A DNA stretch of 62,954 bases, counting the filler, from Olpidium bornovanus S191 (lineage: Eukaryota > Fungi > Olpidiomycota), in NCBI GenBank assembly GCA_017911155.1. It is 28 parts of 28 records of this genome, joined end to end, with 100 filler letters (N's around TTAATTAATTAA, not from the genome) between each part and the next. Parts side by side here need not be neighbours in the genome. Positions count along the whole stretch, not along the records: positions 11,359 to 12,489 come from JAEFCI010003696.1; positions 12,590 to 13,623 come from JAEFCI010001223.1; positions 13,724 to 15,417 come from JAEFCI010005041.1; positions 15,518 to 18,204 come from JAEFCI010008746.1; positions 18,305 to 19,538 come from JAEFCI010002231.1; positions 19,639 to 23,565 come from JAEFCI010002293.1; 22 more parts are not named here. One strand, 5' to 3'. Shown here in pieces: positions 11,523 to 22,896 of the stretch. Each line of letters begins with the position of its first letter. The first letter of the stretch is position 1. Under the pieces are notes generated by a model that was not told the DNA's origin, searched no databases, and worked only from the letters and a program-made list of their open reading frames with translations. The position numbers and the translations under genes are program-made.

Positions 11523-11664
11523 CCAGGATGATCAATACGTGGACCACCATGGACTTGGGCGGGAACCAGTTGATGACGCCGAGCACGTTGAGGAGCCAGA
11601 TTATGGCGAGGACGAGCACGAACACCAGGAGCAGGTCGACGAACTCGCAGAAGGGGCCGCACAT
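11523..11664 (-). CDS. Small hydrophobic membrane protein, first exon
   Basis: ATG at 11664 gives MCGPFCEFVDLLLVFVLVLAIIWLLNVLGVINWFPPKSMVVHVLIILG. Codons are GC3-rich, a GTGAG donor follows at 11522, and TATAAA lies at 11801-11796 (minus). Confidence 0.7.
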
Positions 11665-12085
11665 CGTTGCTCTCGGCGCAGGCGCGAGCGACGCGGTGGA
11701 GGGGCGGAAGTAAGGGGGGAGGGGGGGGGGTGAAGGGCAGTTGAACGTGACGGTGGTAACAGTAGGGCGCGGGGGAAGTCTGAGGAGGGGGAAGCTTTAT
11801 ACGGCGGTGCCGCGTTCTTCTTTCTTTTTTTTTTTTTTTTTTTGCCTTCCGCCCGTCGCCCGCGTGTCTCGGTCTGCTCCTGCAACGGCTGCTTGAAAGC
11901 CTGCGGGTCCCGCCTCTTTTTCTCTCTTTCTCTTCTTTCTTTTCTCCGTCTCTCTTTTTTCCCTGCTCTGTCTCTGCGTGTGTGTGTGTGTTTGGTGCTT
12001 ATGTATTGCGCTCTGAGAGTAAACCGGAGGGGAAACGTAAAGAGGCTCTCCTCCTTATGTGTAGATAGCTTCCCTCCCTCCATGG

Positions 12086-12136
<51 letters not shown>

Positions 12137-12589
12137 TTTTTTTCTCAGCGCGAGCCGCGTGCGCGCGCCCCGTTTCCGCTCTCCCATTTCTTTCTGTTTT
12201 TGCCTTTTTTTTTTTTTTTTTTTTTTTGTTTTCTTCCCCGCGCCCGACGACGGGGGGCCGACCCGCGGGAGGCGTGCGCGGCGGGGAAGAGGAGGGGAGG
12301 GGAGGGGAGGGGAGGGGCCGGGAGAGGGGGCTCCCCCCGGGTGGCTTGCGTCACCCCTCCGTCACGATCATGCGCGGGCGTCCACCCCGCACAAAAACGC
12401 CGAAACCACAAAACCGCCCGCCCCCGGCCGCCCCGCCGCCCCGCCGGAGACAAAAGAAACAGCAGCGACGACAGGACGACACACTGACANNNNNNNNNNN
12501 NNNNNNNNNNNNNNNNNNNNNNNNNNNNNNNNNTTAATTAATTAANNNNNNNNNNNNNNNNNNNNNNNNNNNNNNNNNNNNNNNNNNNN

Positions 12590-13190
12590 GCATGGTGTCG
12601 ATGATGCGCTTTGACACTGCGTACGCGTCGTCCAGAGTCTTCGGTTCGGCGTCCTCGACGCGCACACGGAGCTTCAGCGGCCGGAGTGCGCCGACAAAGA
12701 CGTCCTTGGCGAGCGGAGCGTCTGAACGTTCCAGGGCCTCGCGAGCACTGCGGCGGACGGGATCGTGGAGGCAATGCACGGTGTCGCCGGCTTTCCATTC
12801 GATGTCGAGCAGACGCCGCAGGGCTGTCGAGTCCTGCTTTTTCTTACCAAAGTGTGCTTCCAAGTACATCTACGCGAGAGGCAAGGTGGCTACCTTCCCC
12901 TCTTCCTTCAGGTATTTCCATTTCGTGGCCGCGTCCTTTTCGAGTACGCCGCGCAGGAAGGCCAAGATCTGCTTTTCCAGACGCAGAGTGCGCTCATCTG
13001 CCGGCGCAGGCTGTCCTCGCGACAGAGTCTCTCTGTCAGCGATCGCTTGAAGGAGCTCCGGACCGTAAACGGGGGAAGCTTCGAACGCGGCCAGGAACTC
13101 CTCCTTTAAGTCGTGAAAATTCTCTTTGCGTCGTCCGCTAAATGTAGGCAGGCTCAACGTGTTCCCCGTGAAGACGCGCCGAGGCGGCAT
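12590..13190 (-). mobile_element. LTR retrotransposon gag relic with an in-frame stop
   Basis: LPTFSGRRKENFHDLKEEF...YLEAHFG...FVGALRPLKLRVRVEDAEPKTLDDAY is capsid-like. The two track ORFs are one frame split by TAG at 12872-12870. Confidence 0.75.
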
Positions 13191-13603
13191 GGTTCGAGGT
13201 CGAGAGTTCAAGTGCTTTCGTGAATGCGCAGGCTCAAAGCAGATGACGGGGATGACGCGCATGACGCGGAAGCGGCGGAAAAACGCGCGAACACGCGCAG
13301 GTGAAACAATACTTGCCGGCGGCCCTGCCTCCTTAGCAAAGGATGAGCAGGGACAACGGGTCACTTGCTCGTGGGTGTCTCGTGCCTCCGTCAAACGGTC
13401 GTGGGCTTCTCTCCAAACGACAGGTTTTCTTGGTCGGTCTCCGCGGTGTTGTCAAACGACCACCTTCCGAGCTCAACGTCAAGACGAGAGGAAAGACGAC
13501 GCTTCTCCTCCCGAGGCGGCTTCACGTGCGGCGGCGGGCAGGTCCCTAGCTTGTCCTCTCTCCTCCTTCTCCCGAACGTGCTGTTGCTTTGCGGAAGGCC
13601 AGG

Positions 13604-13623
13604 CGTTGCTACCAGATGTGACA
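13604..13623 (-). mobile_element. LTR 3-prime end plus primer-binding site
   Basis: The minus strand of the contig starts TGTCACA-TC-TGGTAGCAACG. TGGTAGC is complementary to the GCUACCA 3-prime end of eukaryotic initiator tRNA-Met. It lies about 420 nt upstream of the gag ATG. Confidence 0.65.
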
Positions 13624-13723
13624 NNNNNNNNNNNNNNNNNNNNNNNNNNNNNNNNNNNNNNNNNNNNTTAATTAATTAANNNNNNNNNNNNNNNNNNNNN
13701 NNNNNNNNNNNNNNNNNNNNNNN

Positions 13724-13754
<31 letters not shown>

Positions 13755-14591
13755 TTCCCCCGGCCTCGGGTCGGCACAGCCGAGAACGACGCCGCCTAAA
13801 GCGGCGTCGTGAAGACGTTTGAGCCTAAGGAATGCGCGACCGCGCCGAGAGACTGAATACCCCGGGCCTGCGGCGCGGCTCCGCGCGCTTGATGGGGAGG
13901 AGGTGGGTGGGGAAGAGGGGGGGAACGATTTCGTAGCGGACCTCCTACGTTCCCGGGTTTTTTTTTTCCCCGCAGGCCCGTCGACGTCACTTTCGCGCGC
14001 GGAATCGGTGTTGATATAGCCATCAGCATCCCGCTATCCACCCCCCTTCCTCGTGTTGGTCCAAACCTACACGTCCAAAATTTGGCACACGGATATCCGC
14101 GATAGATCCATACTGCTCCACCGCAACAACCCTATGGCCTAATAGCAGTTGAAGGCACAATTCCCGGCGCCAATAAACGCACAATGCCAACAGAATGCGC
14201 CCATAATGACCGCATTTTGGAGGCAACGTGTTCCCCCATAATGTACCGCTTGCCACGTTTTGCCCCCCCAACCCCCCCCCCCAACTCCCCCCCAAGGCCA
14301 CACCCTTCCAGCACCGCTACCCCCACCACTTCCTTCTCTAATTACACGTTCATTTACATATTTGACGGAAGGAATAGAGAAAGAAATAAATGTGTAATTA
14401 TTATTGTGGTTCGGGTCGAAGAGCTATGTTGTCTAGATCAGAAAAAAAGGAACGATAATGTGCGGGGCCCACGGTGGCGTCAGCAGGCGGCGGCGATGAG
14501 CGCTTCGTTCGAGGAAGGGCCCGCGGGAGCTCCGCTTGCCGGCTGCGCCGTCCGAGCCAAAATTTGGGGGCTCCGCAGAGGCCCTCAAAAG

Positions 14592-14626
<35 letters not shown>

Positions 14627-15529
14627 AAAAAGCGAAAGGCGCGGTTTTTGTCGGTGACGTGGTGGCGTCGACGGTTTCTACTCCGGTTCTCGCCGAAGCG
14701 AGAGAGGCGGAGAAAGACGGGTTGGGTGGGCGGGGGGTGATTTTTTTTTGGTACCGAAGGCGCGGCGCCGCGGGAAATGGCGCGCGCGCGCGGGACCGGA
14801 AGCGCAGGGGGGGGGGAGGATCGGCTGTGCGACGAAGCTGCGGGGCCGGCGGAACGCGAAAGCGCTGGAGAGCGCAGCGGCGCGAGAAAAGCGAAGGGGC
14901 AAAGCCTGTCGACGGTCGGCGGTCCCACCTTTCTTCCTTCCTTCCTTCTTTCCTTCCTTCCTTCCGCCCTGGCGCCGGCGCGGGGGGAACGCTGCGTTGT
15001 GTGTGGCGTTGCGGTTCCGAACAAAAAAAAAAAAAAAAGAATACCACAGTGGAAGCAAGCGGCGCCACCATAGTGCAGCCACTACTGTTGCATGCTGCTG
15101 ACAGTGTGCCCACAGCAGCATGGCGGCACGCAGCCGGAAAGCAACCTGCCTCCCCAAGGCCAGCACAGTTCATCCAGCGTTGTTTTTCTTCCAGTGTGCT
15201 CCATGCTCCTGGCAGCCTGCGCCCACAGTGCCGCCGTACCAAGTTTTTCGTGCTGGGGTAGCAGTGTGCGTCCACATGGAAAAAATTATTTGGAGTGTCC
15301 CTGCGAAAAAAATACTCTCCAGGTGTCAAAGGGCTCGTTCGTTATCAGTCGGTCCTCCCCCGGGGCCAGCGGCGGCTGCGGCGGCCCGAGCTTCCGCTGG
15401 CAAAAGAGGGGGGGGGGNNNNNNNNNNNNNNNNNNNNNNNNNNNNNNNNNNNNNNNNNNNNTTAATTAATTAANNNNNNNNNNNNNNNNNNNNNNNNNNN
15501 NNNNNNNNNNNNNNNNNCATGCCGCACGT

Positions 15530-16887
15530 TTACATTCTTTGCCAGGTGGTGTATATCTGTACGGCAGCGGCTAAGGAACCAAGGATGCCGACTGCGACAT
15601 CGGGAAAAGAGGATTTCTCCAACGACCAATGGACAGTGAGCGGAAAATATGCGGCATTGACGACAGTCTCCATCACGAGGGCTTTGTAGTCGGAGCGGAG
15701 GGTCCGAGACGCATCAAATGGCTGCTGCCTTTCGGCGTACACGCCGGAAGAGTTTTCGGTGATTGGTGGAAGGCCGTCCTTCTCGCGCTTTGCGGCCAGC
15801 TCTGTCGCCCTGACCTGTAGAAGCCGGAACTCCTCAGCGAGGTGCGCGAAGTGGACAATGACGTACATGGCCCAAAAACGGCAGCTCCACATTCCGATCT
15901 TGTTGACAATCGTGGTCGTGATGGGGATGATATTGTGCGCGCCCAGCCAATCTGAAAAATCGATATGAGAAGCAGATCGGGTGAGCCCTCTTGCGCTGAC
16001 GTGTAGACCGGCGGGCGAAGAGCTGCGGTAGAGTCCGAAAACTCTGAACCAAAACTCACAAATGTGTTCCAACGGGTAATACAGAAAATTAGCTACGACT
16101 TCTACCCGCTCAATTTGTTTCAGCAACGGTGACTTCGGCGGGCTCTGCTCAACGGATTTGGCCCATTGTAACCTGCGCCAGGTATTTGTCGCACATAGGA
16201 CAATTCAGTCACACAGCGCCGCAAACTGGCCCTAGCTAAAGCATGACAGCTTTGGTCCAAAAAGTTCCATCGGAACTTACATTGGCAGCAACCCGTAGTA
16301 CCGGAGCAATATCCTGAAGTCGGAGACCGGCCCCGAGAGGTTTCCGATCTGAGAGGCGCGAACGTCATTGCCGACGCCCTTGTAATACCAGATCAGCACC
16401 TTCGAAAGATATTGGACCATCTAGGGGTGATAGAAGCACAGCGACGTTAAACCAGATGGTTTACACCAGGGACGGGGTACAACCGAGAACCGCGGACGTT
16501 GCGGCTTTCCTATGGTTGACATATTCCGAAGCCGGCACGCGACACGACGCGTTATCGGCATCGGCCGGCGACAGAATCCCTGGGCCGTGGATTCCGCGGA
16601 AATATAAGCAGACGACAAACGATTTGACGAGGACGTGTCTGTTGTTGCAGCTTGGGTGGATTGACACGGACGGCCGTCGTTTGTTGAGCAACCTGTCTCG
16701 CTGTCTCGCGCCTCACCATCAGGGTCTTGTCCGTCCCGGTGACAGTATTAAAGAACCGCACCAGCCGGTCGAGGGCGGGCGGGCTCGGCCTGCTTGGGTC
16801 TATCAGGTTTAGCAGCGTCGTGACAGCCCCGGCCCGGGCGGTCGACGGCGCGCCTTCTGCCGGCGGAACTGCGGAGAGCGCGGACAT
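15530..16887 (-). CDS. PEX11: Peroxin PEX11-family protein (complete)
   Basis: Exons 16887-16717, 16420-16281, 16172-16060 and 15951-15530. Motifs: LDRLVRFFNTVTGTDKTLM|MVQYLSK, PVSDFRILLRYYGLLPM, YYPLEHIYWLGAH, WSCRFWAMY, NAAYFPLTVHWS. Confidence 0.93.
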
Positions 16888-17717
16888 GGACGGACGCGCG
16901 GTTGGCCGTTCGGGATGTGTGGGCAGGGACGGGTGTGCAAGCCGGCGCCTGGGGCGGAAGCTGGAGGTGCGCCCGCCACAACCGCAGCGACCACCCCCGA
17001 ACGCTATAGACGTAAGACGGCGACTGGACACGCACGCCGGTCGACCCGGACTGGACGCAGGAGGGGCGCGTCTCCGGACAAGATACAAGTGCCTGAGCGG
17101 CCGCGCGGCGGACAGGCGGGAAAGCACGAGGGATTAGCTATTTCCCGTCCTGTTCAGAAGCATTGCTCCAGGAGTCACCCGTGTCGTTCCACTCTAGCAA
17201 AACGTGCTTTGGTTGTTCCCTCCGCAGAGAAAATCGGTTTTCGTACTGCGGCCCGCGCGGACTTAACGACGTGGCCTCGAACGGAACTTTCACAAGCAAA
17301 ACTGACGTTGAGCAGAGGAGGCACCGTCACCGGCTGGCGCAAGTCGCAAGCTGGGCGCCGAGAATGCCCAACACCGCCGCCAGTCAAACGAAGGAAACGC
17401 TACGTACAAGGTATACGCGGGGTCCCCGTGCGGTTGCCTCTTGAATGTTGCTGGTATCCGACGGCTCACACCTTGACTTCTTACCGCCTGTTCGCTTTGC
17501 TGCCCATTCCACCCCGGCATCTGGCATGTGCCACGGTTGCCGGCTTTATTCCACGCATCAAGCTTAGAAAACGTCGAGCCGTCTTTGCCACCTTTTGCAG
17601 ACTGCTTTCACGCGCACGGTGCGCACGCGAGAGCGCTGTACGCTCGGTGTACGTTGATTCCGCCGTTTTATACATTAGCGTTTTGTCTGGATAAACTGAT
17701 CAGCGGTATTTCAATAG

Positions 17718-18061
17718 ATTACACAACTCCTCTCTCGGCCACAACTTCTGCAATATGCGGACACGTTGCTGGGTTCCCGCTCGACACCTTGAAAACGCGG
17801 ATGCAAACACACCCCTACCGAAGCGTCGTTCACTGCGTTGCGAAGACCTACAAAGCGGAGGGCGTCCACGGCTTTTGGCGAGGGGAGACGCTGTCAAAGG
17901 GGTCCTATACGAGGAGATTATGGGATAGCGGGATACAAGCAAGGCAACAAAATCTGTGATCTTTCGGGAAACCTGGTTTCGCCTGTTCAGGGGTCATATC
18001 TCCGATGCCGGCAGTTCTCATCAATAAAACGATGTCATTTCAAGTCTATGAATCGACCAAG
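17718..18061 (+). CDS. Mitochondrial carrier (SLC25) protein, N-terminal repeat exons
   Basis: Exons 17718-17882 and 17991-18061 give GFPLDTLKTRMQ (PxDxxKxRxQ), EGVHGFWRG|VISP and SFQVYESTK. The first donor reads GGGAGA (see findings). Confidence 0.85.
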
Positions 18062-18422
18062 GTGCGGGACAAAATGTGCGATTGCGCCGTCAACTTTCAC
18101 GAATACTCTTTTCCAATGACCAAGCCCTGTGTCTTGGGCCTTTCCAGCAATATATCCGATCATCATACCCAAATAGATTCAATGGAGAGGACATTGCGAC
18201 ATGCNNNNNNNNNNNNNNNNNNNNNNNNNNNNNNNNNNNNNNNNNNNNTTAATTAATTAANNNNNNNNNNNNNNNNNNNNNNNNNNNNNNNNNNNNNNNN
18301 NNNNCTGACGAACCAGGCGAACGCGAAGTTAAACACAGTAGCGGTTGGTGAGTCCTCTTCACAAGTTCGAGCAGCGGTCATAGGCAGCTACCCAAATTCT
18401 TTTGTTTTATGTAGTTGCCAAC

Positions 18423-19538
18423 ATGGCTGTCGTAGTCAAGAACCGGGCGCTTCAGAGGGCGGTTATCCGCGGCCGCCTGCAACTCGAAGACCTGAGGAGT
18501 TCCGTGGGCACGCTGGAAAACAACGTGGAGGATTTATCGGTGGAAGCGGCGGTGCAGAAGAAGACGGTGGAGAGGTTGAGGTGCAGTCTCGACGCGACAC
18601 GGACGGTCCTGGAAACAAGCATTGGGACCTACCGCGAGGAGATGCACCGGCAGGGGCAGATACTGGCGGAGCAAAACGAACGGATATCGGTCGGTGACCA
18701 GAAGCCGCCTTCTTTGTTTGATTTCTTTTGTTCATCTTCATCGTTTTCCTCTTCCCACGTTATTCTTTTCTAACATTTCTGCCTTGCGCAACATTCGTTT
18801 TATCCGACACGGAAACTTATTTTTCAGTCTCTGTACAGCGCGAGGTTCAACCAGGACTTCATCGTCGACTTCGTCTTGTTAATGACCTCCGTCTGGGCCG
18901 TCAATACTGCGCTTGTGGACATTCCAATCAGGACGCTGTTAATGATCGCGGGACCGGACGGCCGACGGAAAATATTTATGCGGCAGGCGGCCAAGTTCGC
19001 GGTGCTCTCTCTCTTCCTGCGGACGCTCCGGGACCGTGCCGTGCGGTACGGTCTCCACAAACGGTAGGTGCCCGTCGGACGCCCCGGGGAAAAAACTTTT
19101 TACAGCGTTTCTGACTCCCGAAAATAGCGCTTGCGGCGTGAGGTTCTCTGCGAAAAAACAGCGGAGACTTCTTTGGCGCCGTCCGTAGGAAAACATTTTT
19201 TATTCGCTCACCTCAACCAACCGACTCTAACGTTCCTTTTTTTTTTTTCCTTGTTTCGACCCGAACCCCGGTCTCAAACAATTCTTCTCTTTTTTTTTTC
19301 TTTCTTTTTTTTGTTTTTTTTTTTTTCGATCAGTGTGGGAGGTTGGTTGCCGTACGCCGGTCACTTCTTCGGGGCGTTCGCGGGACGGTTCCGTGGGGTG
19401 AAGCGGATATCCGGCCCCCCGCCGCCGCCGACGTCCTGGACCGCGCTGCCCACGCCGGGCGCACCGTCTGAATTTTTTCCGTCCTCTCCTGCTCTGCCGC
19501 CATCCGCATCGGCAACGGCATCGGCATCGGCATCGGCA
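18423..19538 (+). CDS. Hypothetical coiled-coil plus transmembrane protein (3-prime partial)
   Basis: Exons 18423-18689, 18828-19063 and 19334 to contig end are phase-compatible. A heptad-rich segment is followed by hydrophobic FIVDFVLLMTSVWAVNTALVD and YGLHKRVGGW. Confidence 0.7.
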
Positions 19539-19638
19539 NNNNNNNNNNNNNNNNNNNNNNNNNNNNNNNNNNNNNNNNNNNNTTAATTAATTAANNNNNN
19601 NNNNNNNNNNNNNNNNNNNNNNNNNNNNNNNNNNNNNN

Positions 19639-20138
19639 AGTCCGTGCAGCTTCCAAACCTTGTCGCTAACCGCTGTTCCAGCTAGCTTTCGGCCAGTTCG
19701 AAATTACGGGACTCTTAACCAGCGCGAACGGTGCTTTCCCGGTCGCTCACCTAGGCATGACGAAAAGAGCGTGGGCGATCACGTCGCTCATGAGCTCCTG
19801 CATGACGTTCCCGCGGTTTCAGATCACGGGGCCGGCGAGCACGGCTATCGGGACGGCGGCGTCGGTCACCAGGATGGTGACCTCGAAAAGGGTCCGCAGC
19901 AGCACGAAGTTGCCCACGGTCCGGGCCGGGCGATCGCTGTAATCGTGGACGGTTCCCCTGCGCAATCGCACGAGGATTTGCAGGTGTCCGACAGCCGACC
20001 AGGCACCTGGCGTGAGCGGAACCGAGGTGTTGCGGCGCTTGGCGGCGGTGTCGAGGTGGAAGAGGTAAGCGGCGGCCAGGGCAAGCAGGGTGGAGGTGAC
20101 CAGGACGAGCGGCGCGGAATCCGCCAGCCCAACGACAT
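19639..20138 (-). pseudogene. Cytochrome P450 N-terminus, disrupted
   Basis: Frame absent from the ORF track: TM anchor LVLVTSTLLALAAAYLF, Pro hinge VPLTPGAWSAVGHL, then HALFVMP|SDKVWKLH (intron 19750-19666). In-frame TGA at 19821-19819; the nearby ATG at 20138 is one base out of frame. Confidence 0.8.
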
Positions 20139-20542
20139 TGGGTGTGCGGCAAGAATTTATTTTTTTTTCCCGGCACGTGAGGAAGGAGTGGGAAGAGGAT
20201 TCTGTGAGGGAGCGACGGGGCGCTGCCGCAGGCCCAACTGTCCTGGTTCATTCACGACGCCGCTTTTGAGGAAGAAAAAGAAGAAAAAGAAGAGTGCATA
20301 GGCGGTCGGAAGGCTGCGCGATGTAAGCTGAGCGCGAAACTTCAAGTTTCGGCTGAATGCTCTGGTTTTGGATTCGATGAGCGCAACAAATTGGAATGCC
20401 AAGAGGGTTGCATACTACGCCGCGGAATGCAAATTTGCAAACTCCGGAGTCGCCTTTGGCATCGCCAGATCGCTGAATTGAGGGACTAAAACGCGGAAGC
20501 GCGTGAAGAACTTGCGGATTTGCAGGCGTTGTGGGCAAGAGG

Positions 20543-20778
20543 GCTGTCGGAAGGATCGCATCGGGGGGATAGCGTCAGGAACAGGGAGAACTTCAACATT
20601 ACCCAGGCTAGATTCAGGGTGGTTCAACTGCTTCAGGAAACACTTTGCCCTGGACAACATGCTGTCGGAAGGATCGCAGCGGGGGGATAGCGTCAGGAAC
20701 AGGGAGAACTTCAACATTACCCAGGCTAGATTCAGGGTGGTTCAACTGCTTCAGGAAACACTTTGCCCTGGACAACAT
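20543..20778. repeat. 118-bp tandem duplication
   Basis: 20543-20660 and 20661-20778 are identical except one base (GATCGCATC vs GATCGCAGC). Confidence 0.97.
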
Positions 20779-21243
20779 GCACAGCTAGCCGGCCGATTGC
20801 CTGTGGCACAGAGGGCCGTCTGCAGTGATGGAGTTCAACGCGTCTGACTGGTGAACTGTCTGCAGCATGGAAGTGTGACTGCCGGGGCTACGGAGCGTTG
20901 GTCATTGTCATCGTCGTTCTTCTAGGCCCACGGCGACCTTATCTTCGGCACCCCCTCACAGGCATGCGCTATCCCGTCTGCCACTGTGCCGTTGTCCGCA
21001 GTCAGCAGACGCTCCTGGGATCTGTTGTTCGCGGCTCGTGAGGAAAGTGCCGCCCCGCCTCGCCGCTTGGCGACGGAAAGAAAACAGCGTCGGCGGCAAA
21101 GAAAAAAAAGCCCACGCCCCGCCGACCTCGGGCGGCCATGTCCTCCGGCACCCTGCCGCGCGGGCAAGGGCACCCGCGCCACGGACCGGCTTGCTGGCGA
21201 TTCTCGGGCCCGCCCGCCGCGAAGCGCGCCCCGTGCGGCCACT

Positions 21244-22896
21244 ATGATCCGCGGCGCTACTCATCCGGGGCACCTGAAGAAGGCGGGGCCGCCGGCGGTT
21301 TTCCCGCGGCGGAACGGAGGGGCCAGGTGCGTTTGCGTGTCTTTTTCTCCCGACGTGACAACGCAACGAACCAGACGGTCCGGGAAGAGGGTGCCTGCAG
21401 CCGATCAAAAAGCTTTTTGCAGGCGGCTCCCGCCGGCCGTAGTCCAGGGTTAAACGGAGACGGGAGCTGCGGAAGGACCGCAATGGTTGCACGACCGCTC
21501 CGTGCCTCTACATTTCTTGGTTGCTACCGGCGATCACGATACAGGAGGAGTGTGAAATCTGTGGCGGTGGAGCTCACGTCGAGCCACTCTTCGCGCTACA
21601 GTCGACCGCAGCCCTGTCGCTTGACGAGGCGTGCTATCTGGACAGCCTGCGGAAGTTCCGGGAGGACAATTGCACGTGGTGTTTCGGACCGCAGCGCGAC
21701 ATACCGTGAGTCGACCGCCCGCGAAGCAGCTTCTTCGGGATCGTTATTTTTGCCGTCTCGCTCACATGCTGCCGTGTGCTGGTCTGTGGTCTGACTGTGT
21801 GCCGTGCTGCTGAAGGAGACGGAGGCGGAGACGGGGCTTGCGGAAACATTCCGAAGAGGAAGTCTCGCTCGGCGACGACACTTCCGAGCACCCCGCAGAG
21901 GATTTTTACGGTAGTGATGGTCGCTTCTCGTGCTCCGCGACCATCATGTGCACACGTCGAGACCGCCGCCCCCTCCGCGAGCTGACGTACGTGCGTACGC
22001 GTTTTCTGTGCGCCCCCAGACGCGGGGCACTTCATAGTAGACACACGGCTGTTCATGCATAAGCTCCGCCCAGCGAACATCCGCTTCGAATATAGCGACA
22101 TTGATGAGCAGGGCGGAAGCAGGCAGGAAGCGCACGACGAGAGAGAGGCTGAGGAGACGAAGCCGGCGAAGTAAACCGAGACGATGCCCATTTTTAACTC
22201 TTGCTCGTTGTTCGGCGGCTGACTGCGTGCTCCAGCGCACGGAGCGTTGCTGGCGGGTGAAGTGCATGCACGCTTCCGCTAATTTGATCGCCGCTGTTGG
22301 AAAACACCGCGTCCGTACGTATTGCCATTAGGGTATCGCTCCCCACGAGGGTTATCTACCAGTTTCCCAGGAAGGACGAGGCTAATCGGCCACACAGGCG
22401 AAAGAGCTTTGATCCGGACGATTCCTTAAATGTTAACCAGGTTGGAAATCGCATCTTTTTGGTTCCGTGGGGTGATCGGGAGGTGGGGGGAAAGGATGTC
22501 TTCTTTTGAATGCCTGAGCTATTTCTTATTTGTGTTGTTCGGAACAGCACCTCCACAGAGCGTACAAGCAGTGGATCCCAAACAGGCGAGCCGTACAGTC
22601 AAGTAAGTCCTGCTCTGCCTTTCTTTTCTTTTACCTCTGGTTTAGGATATGCCACCTAGGCGACCATTTGTTTCACAGTGCAACCCGCGTGCCGGGATTG
22701 TCGTTGCCGGCAGCCGTTCGCCGTTACTGCGATACGTGCTACGCTGCCGTTCCAAGGAAAACCCGTCCTTATTTTCATTCTGTCTGTGTACACAGAATCC
22801 GGCAACAAGCCCCTTGGGACCGAACCCGCAGATAGCGTTCGGCAAACGGCCGCCGGGCCCACTGCAACCTCACTGCAATCTCCGGTTCCGTTATGA
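21244..22896 (+). CDS. Hypothetical multi-exon Cys-rich protein (structure approximate)
   Basis: GT-AG-flanked open segments give EECEICGG, FREDNCTWCFG, DFYGSDGRFSCSATIMC, TRLFMHKLRPANIRFEYSD, RVIYQFP and ACRDC. Likely stop at 22896. Family not recognised. Confidence 0.5.

Noticed and set aside
12870-12872. Programmed stop-codon readthrough in gag
   Set aside because: The stop is mid-capsid rather than at a gag-pol boundary, and has no CARYYA context or evident downstream structure. A nonsense mutation is simpler.
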